Shown: positions 30,280 through 50,662 of the stretch, piece by piece
How positions within the stretch are numbered: the first letter of the stretch is position 1
How the letters are laid out: each line of letters begins with the position of its first letter
Assembly: GCF_016433145.1 (NCBI RefSeq)
Contig: NC_058130.1
Span: 783,223,550-783,274,211, forward strand
Direction of reading: 5' to 3'
DNA: 50,662 nt
Source: Gracilinanus agilis
Lineage: Eukaryota
Notes under the pieces: generated by a model
What the model was told of the DNA's origin: nothing
Seen by the model: the letters and a program-made list of their open reading frames with translations, nothing else
The model's database searches: none
Translations under genes and position numbers: made by a program

Positions 30280-30486
30280 GGGGGCAGCTGGGTAGCTCAG
30301 TGGATTGAGAGCCAGGCCTAGAGACGGGAGGTCCTAGATTCAAATCTGGCCTCAGACACTAACCAGCTGTGTGACTCTGGGCAAGTCACTTGACCCCCAT
30401 TGCCTACCCTTACCACTCTTCTGCCTTGGAGCCAATACACAGTATTGACTCCAAAACGGAAGGTGAGGGTTTAAAAAAAAAAAAAG
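30280..30486 (+). mobile_element. Full-length SINE-1_MD-like insertion
   Basis: gggggcagctgggtagctcagtggattgagagccaggcc...aaggtgagggtttaaaaaaaa, with Pol III A/B-box-like head. Confidence 0.92.
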
Positions 30487-30999
30487 GAATATGAATTTTT
30501 GCTGACCCAAAGGACCTTCCCTTCTGTGAATCAGCAAGAGGTAGTTAGATGGCTCTTTAGATAGAAAGTCAGGCTTAGAGACAGGAGGTCCTGGGTTCAA
30601 ATGTGAACTTGGACATTTGTGAAGTGTGGTCAAGTCATTTAACCTCCATTGCCTAGACCTTACTCTTCTTATACCTTGGAACTGATACACATACATGATT
30701 CTAGGATGGAAGATAAGGGTTTAAAAAGGGCGGGGGGAGGCAGTTTGGTAGATGAAATGTTAGATTAGAGTCAGGGTGCCTTGAGTTCAAATCCTACCAC
30801 ATACATTCTTATCAGGGCCCCTGATTAGACCTTTCAACTACAGAGCTTCTATTTAAAGAAGTTTCACCCATCTTCCTTTTCCCATTTCCCACCAGCCACT
30901 GCTTCTGGTCCTATCTCATTTCCAGCTTCCTCTGTGTGTTGTCTTCCTGGTTAGAGTGTAAGCTCCTTGAAGGCAGGGGCTGTCTTCATTTGTATCTAT

Positions 31000-31420
31000 C
31001 TGAACCGCCAAGCATTCAGACTCTGCTGCACAGAGCACAACACCAACAGGCTGGCCATGTTGTTCAAATGCCAAAGGCACCTTTACCTAAAAGACTATTT
31101 TACAGAGAACTCACATCGAGATCAGAAGTGATACAAGGACACTCAAGGTATCAATTGTGAGGCGGGGAGACCCTGACACAGAATTGTCCGACATGGTGTG
31201 CCCACATCAAAGAGAGCCTGTGCTCTCTGACCAAAGCAGATTTGCAGTCACTTAAACCCAAGATTCCCACATCTAGAGCCATCTCCATCCCAAATGTTCG
31301 TAAGGGCTATTTGTGCCCAATCTGGGATAGAGCCTTCTGGACTCTTATTGGTCTGATGGGCCAGTCAGACACACTGGACATGGATCCTGACGTAGCGATG
31401 TCATTTTGGTCCTTTATGAG
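31000..31420 (+). mobile_element. RTE LINE 3' fragment
   Basis: 'SIQTLLHRAQHQQAGHVVQMPKAPLPKRLFYREL' matches RTE 'LRWAGHVVRM..RLPKRLFYGEL'. Confidence 0.8.
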
Positions 31421-32499
31421 TGCAAAGGACAACCCCCCAGTAGAGGGCAGGAGCTGCTTAAATGTTTATTGACTTTGAGGGCCAAAATTATAGGTTTTTA
31501 GCATCATTCTAACAGATGAAACACACCACTCCCAGGCTACAACTAAGCACCACCTTTCATTAGCAATGAGTCTTGTTAACATTCCTTGGAGACTAATTTC
31601 TTTCACTATATGGCCTTTGTAACTATTTAGTTCTGGGGCTGATTTCTTTAAACACTAGCTCAGCCTGTCTCCCTGGGCAAGTCACTTGACCCCATTGCCT
31701 AGCTCTGGCTGCTCTTGTGCCTTGGAACCAATACACAGTATTGATGCTAAAGAGAGGGAACCTAGCAAAGGAGGAGTCCAGATAGGAATCTCTTCCTGGC
31801 TAAAGTCAGTGCCCTTGGCCTCCTCAGAGTAGGGCATGCTCCATGTTGGGCGCAGTTTTCAAAGTAGTGGAAGTGGGCCTGCAAGTGCACTATGCATGTA
31901 TGTGCGTTTTCAGAGGAGGAATGAGGATCTCTCTATCTCTGTCCATAGTATCTGTCCAATCAGGTGAGGCACCTGGGCCTGTTGGGAACATTCAGGGCCA
32001 CTTCTGTCTTCTTCCTTTTCCTTTGTTTTTAGTATTTTTTTTTTCCAGATGATGAGATTCCATTTTGCTGGTTCATTTTCTGACATCCCCAAGATGGGGA
32101 ATGGGGGGCACAGAGTTGGGCCTTCACATTATTGTACAATATCCCCAGTTCCTCGTGCTGTAAAAGGAAATTCGTGAAGGAAATGAAGTGTTTGTTGAGA
32201 ATTGACACTTCTTGGATGTGACTGGGCAGCTCGCTTCACCAGCCCCTGCCTCAGTTTCCTCCACTGTAAAATGGGGGTAATGGCAGCACCTGCCTCCCAG
32301 GGGAAAGAGCTTAGCACTACAAGGGCTGCACAGAGCAGGCACTAATTAAACGCCTTCTTCCTTGCTCGGCCTGAGTTTCCCCAAGTGTAAATCGGAAATA
32401 GGAACTCCCGAGGGGGGTGGGGGTGGGAGGCGACCTGGTCTTATCTCGAGCACCCTTCGTGAGGACACTCCTTCACCCCAGCCCCCATCTTATGACCCC

Positions 32500-33015
32500 G
32501 CCCCTGACCCCGGCCCAGCCTTCCAGCAGAGCCTCGCTCTCTCCCAGCTGGCGCTCTGCATCCTGGGTAAACCGGCCACTTTTCCGCCTTTCTACCGCCC
32601 TCGCTTTACTGCGCAAGCGTAGTCTCCGCCCCTCAGCTCACGCCCTGTAACGGTGGGCGCGCTCTCGCGAGACCACGTCCGCGGCGTCGCGATGGAGGAG
32701 CCGTGAGTGCGGCCCAGGAGGAGAGGGGCCGGGGGCGGACGGGGGAGGGGGGCGAGGGCAGGGAAAGGTTGGGGCGGCGCAGCCGGACCAGGCGGAGGGA
32801 AGTCCCGACGTAGCCTGAGGCCTCACCCTCCTCCCTTCCTCCTGCAGATGCCCCGGCACTGCTCGGCCGCGGGCTGCTGCACCCGCGACACGCGCGAGAC
32901 CCGGACCCGCGGGATCTCTTTCCACAGGTGAGCGCGTCCCCGCTGGGCGTGCGCGTGCGTGCTATATGCGTGTGCGGGAGTGGCTGCGTGGGGCGGGTCA
33001 TTGCGCATGCGCGGG
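32500..33015 (+). promoter_or_regulatory. THAP7 CpG-island promoter and first exon (donor at 32703)
   Basis: TCTCGCGAGA palindrome at 32663-32672 (BANP/ZBTB33-type), NRF1 site TGCGCATGCGC at 33002-33012, GC boxes, and a 5' intron at 32703-32847. Confidence 0.7.
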
Positions 33016-34732
33016 GACTGCCAGCCCGCCTCCCTCCAGAAACTTCCCCTGGGCTGTGGTGGGAGGAAGAGGTGCCTGTAGGGGGCGGGCCCGCCGGCCG
33101 GCCTCCCTTAGCCGCTAAGTGAGGGCCTGCTGGGAGTCTGGAGCCGGGGGCATGCCGGACCCCGCCCCCTCCCCGGGCAGAGGAAAGCCCGCGGGGCCGG
33201 GCAGGGCTTCCGAGGGTCTCAGCCCCCATCCCACGGCTCTCTGCGGCCCCTCGGATCAAACTTCCTTTTCCCCGCTCCACATTACCATTCTCCGAGCCTT
33301 TGCGCCCTCTTCCTCCTCCGAGGCCCGCTCCCGTGCTGCCCTCACCAGCGTCCATTTTCCAGATGAGGACACTGAGGCTCACGGCGGGGTCGCTCCCATC
33401 ATGGGGCTTGGCCCGTGCCCGTGGTTGGGAGGGAAGGGGGAATCCTCCGAATCCCTCCCAGACCCATTCCCTGCTTGCCGGGCCTCCGGGGCCCGGGCTG
33501 GACCCTCCCGTCCAAGTCCCTCCTCATGCCCAGTTTCTTCCCCGGACAAACTGTGGGGCAGCGGGGCGGAGCCGGGACCTGGGGACGGGGGACCGCCCGG
33601 GGGAGCCCCTGGGGCATCTCCTGAGCTGGGTCGCCGGGCGGGGCTTCCTTCAGGCTGCCCAAGAAGGACAACCCCCGGCGTGGACTCTGGTTGGCCAACT
33701 GCAGGCGGCTGGACCCCAGCGGGCAGGGTCTCTGGGACCCCGCGTCCGAGTACATCTACTTCTGCTCCAAGCACTTTGAGGAGAACTGCTTCGAGCTGGT
33801 GGGGATCAGGTAGGTCCCTGGGGGCGGGGCCGCGCTGAGGGGCGGGCGGGGGGCGGAGGCGGGGCTCCCCCTCACGGTCTCGCCTCCCTCCCAGCGGCTA
33901 TCATAGGCTGAAGGAAGGGGCCGTCCCCACCATATTCGAGTCCTTCTCCAAGCTGCGGCGGGCCTCCAAAACCAAGTCCCAGGGCTTCCACCCAGGCTCC
34001 CCCGATCTCGCCCGACTCAGGAGACGCAGACGCCGGTATGTGGAGGGAGGGGCGCAGGGCCAGATGGTTCCGGGCCTCAGTTTCCCCATCTGCAAGATAA
34101 AGGAGGGAGGGGATCCCCGGGGCTTGGGGGGGGCCCTTGAATCTCTCATCCCGTTTCTCCACAGCTGTTCTGCGGGCCTGCCACCCCCTCCTCCTGTAAA
34201 CAGCACCCTGGTGAACGGGCCACCTCCTGGCGATGTCCCCTGCTTCCCCGGGGAAGAGCTGCCTGACCCCGAAGGCCCGGCTCCCCCGGAGAGCCTGCCA
34301 GCCCTGCCACCCTCGCCGGCTCCCAGCGGCCTCGTGAGCCCCTTCTCCGACCTCCTGGAACCCCTGGCCCCCCATGGGGACGAAGCGAGCTGCGCAACAC
34401 CCCCCTCCCTGGAGCGGGAGCCCTCGCCCTCTGCGGCCCGGCCCGTGTCCCCCTCAGCCTACATGCTGCGGCTGCCCCCGCCGGCCGGGGCCTACATCCA
34501 GAACGAGCACAGCTACCAGGTGGGCAGCGCGCTGCTGTGGAAGCGGCGGGCCGAGGCGGCCCTGGATGCCCTGGACAAAGCCCAGCGCCAGCTCCAGGCC
34601 TGCAAGCGCCGAGAGCAGCGTCTGCGCCTGCGGATCGCACGGCTGCAGCAGGAGCGAGTGCGAGAGAAGCGGGCCCAGGCGGACGCCCGGCAGGCTCCCA
34701 AGGAGCACCCACAAGGCTTTGAAATGCAGTGA
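32848..34732 (+). CDS. THAP7: THAP domain-containing protein 7, 314 aa, 4 coding exons
   Basis: Exons 32848-32927, 33654-33809, 33895-34035 and 34165-34732 total 945 nt. THAP domain [52 protein letters not shown], then EHSY (HCF-1-binding-type motif) and a C-terminal coiled coil. Confidence 0.96.
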
Positions 34733-35136
34733 AGCAGTGCTTGGGGTGCCGGCCGTGCCACCCCAGACCTCTGGCTTGCTCTGTGGGGGATGGACCAAAA
34801 CAGTATTTCTGGCACTTTTTGAGATCTGAATTCCTTCTGCTCCCTCCCTGCATGCAGTCATGTGGCCAGGCTGAGCACCCCATGAGTGTCGGCCCCTTGC
34901 CGAAGGGGCACCAACGGGTCTTGTCTCACTCGTGTCTGTTCCAAACCACTGTGTGATGGTCAGGGGGAACACTGCAGCCCACCTAAGAACAGCGGCCCCC
35001 AGGGGTGCACTCAGCACCCAGAGGAAGTGACCGGTTGGGCCTCTCCAAGGACTCTGGACCTCAACACACACCACAGTGGTCATTCCCACCCCCTCCCCAG
35101 CCAGAGGCAGACAAGCAGATTGACCAGTCAGAGTCC

Positions 35137-35142
35137 TTTATT
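35137..35142 (-). terminator. Probable LZTR1 polyadenylation signal
   Basis: First minus-strand AATAAA (plus tttatt) that I find downstream of the LZTR1 stop. Confidence 0.55.
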
Positions 35143-35324
35143 TCTGCCCAGAGCAGTCACTAAGAACAGTCTGGGATGTCGGAAACCTCAACAATAGGCA
35201 GCCCAGTGGGCCACCAAGGCCTGCATTTGCTGATTTGGGCCTTTCCCCTGGTACCTTCCCCTCTGGGTAAGCTTCAAAAGCACCCCAACATGGGCTGCAA
35301 GGCCCAAACGAATAAGGAAGGACA

Positions 35325-35330
35325 AATAAA
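35325..35330 (+). terminator. Probable THAP7 polyadenylation signal
   Basis: First plus-strand AATAAA that I find after the THAP7 stop. More follow at about 35705-35718. Confidence 0.55.
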
Positions 35331-35847
35331 ACACTCGAGTGTCCCCTGCTGGGGCTGGGCCCAGGCCTGGCAAGACCTCATCTGCCCAATAGGCTCAACT
35401 AGGTAGAGGTGACAAAGGACGCTGCTAGAAGCCAGAAGGTCAGGGGTCAGAGGAAGGGTCCCACTAGGGCGTGGCCTGGACACTGTCCCTCCCTTGGGCC
35501 ATGGTCCCTCAGCTCCCACGGCTAGGCCTGTAGACACCCAGGCAGGGCCCAGGGCCCAGCCGCTCCTGCCACCCCTCCAAGCGGTAACAGACTGGGGGTC
35601 CCCGGGCTCAGCCCAGACCTCAGTCTTTGGACATCAGGACAAGGAAGAGCAGTGGCATGCCCCAACCCCCAGCCTAAAAGGGTAAGAAGGGGCAGAGGCC
35701 TAGAAATAAAATAAAATAAAGCTGATCCAAGATAAAGAAGCAGCAGCCTTATCACCCATGACTGAATGGTCACTGCTTCATCCACACTTGGGGCCTCCCC
35801 ACTATGCCTCAGGGCTTCTAAAGGCCAGCCTCTGACACACAGTGGGG

Positions 35848-36034
35848 CAGCACTGGCAAACCTTTTTGAGATCATGTGCCCAAACTGCACCCTCACAGCA
35901 TTACCCCAGACAGCAGAGAGGAAGTGCCCACACTGGGCAGCTGGACAGAGTGGGGCATGTGAAAAAATGTCCCCAGGCGCAGTGAAGAGGAGGAATGGTG
36001 CCAGCGTGCATGTGCCATGTCTTTGCCAACATGG
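35848..36034. mobile_element. Degenerate OposCharlie-type MITE in the LZTR1 3' UTR
   Basis: cagcactggcaaacctttttgagat...gtgccatgtctttgccaacatg resembles the ends of the 24470-24927 element. TSD not recognisable. Confidence 0.55.
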
Positions 36035-36400
36035 CACTAGTGTGTACCCATTTGCCACAGGCCATGGAAAGGTTCATCCTGACCAGGCCAAGGCAGCCAT
36101 TGGAGCCAGGAAAAGCCTGGACTGTCCAGCAGTAAAGGAGGCCACGTAGGATTTGGGAGGGTGTCATTGAACCCTGGGCCCCAGGAATGAGAGGGAGGGG
36201 CAGTCAGGGTGCTCCCCTCCACCCCAGTCTTTGTCCTTTGCTGAGGGGAGACGAGGTCTGGGGAAAGGACCCCCTGGGCGCCCCTTCCCCCCAAGGAGGC
36301 CGTGGGTGCACTGAGCCTCCATTCACACCTGCCCTGGCTGCTCCAAGCACGGCACTCCTCGGGGCACCACTGTGTCCCCCAGGGCTGGGCCTCTGGAACG

Positions 36401-50634
<14,234 letters not shown>

Positions 50635-50662
50635 CTACGTCCCCTCCCCTTTCTGGATTCAC

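Overview
Vertebrate genomic DNA, almost certainly a didelphid marsupial: it carries SINE-1_MD-like and MAR1 SINEs, RTE fragments and OposCharlie-type MITEs, which point to Monodelphis. The window is syntenic to human 22q11.21. Four genes can be reconstructed exon by exon with consistent splice phases: LRRC74B (+, 10 exons, about 6729-18920), an intact TUBA3-type alpha-tubulin (+, 5 exons, 21330-27044, 450 aa), THAP7 (+, 4 coding exons, 32848-34732) and LZTR1 (-, exons 2-21, 50377-36401; exon 1 lies beyond the window). The AT-richer left end is a TE nest of L1, L2, CR1/L3, MIR, LTRs and a decayed ERV env-PPT-LTR relic. GC content rises strongly to the right. The most notable observations are: an intact TUBA3 where human has the pseudogene TUBA3FP; a five-fold phased CCAAT array in its promoter; a U12-type intron in LZTR1; a degenerate or cassette counterpart of LZTR1 exon 10; predicted overlap of the THAP7 and LZTR1 3' UTRs; an out-of-frame upstream AUG overlapping THAP7; and hAT MITEs of a family known for horizontal transfer. 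All family names and comparisons with human come from recalled sequences, not from database searches. I found no evidence for a wholly new multi-gene system.
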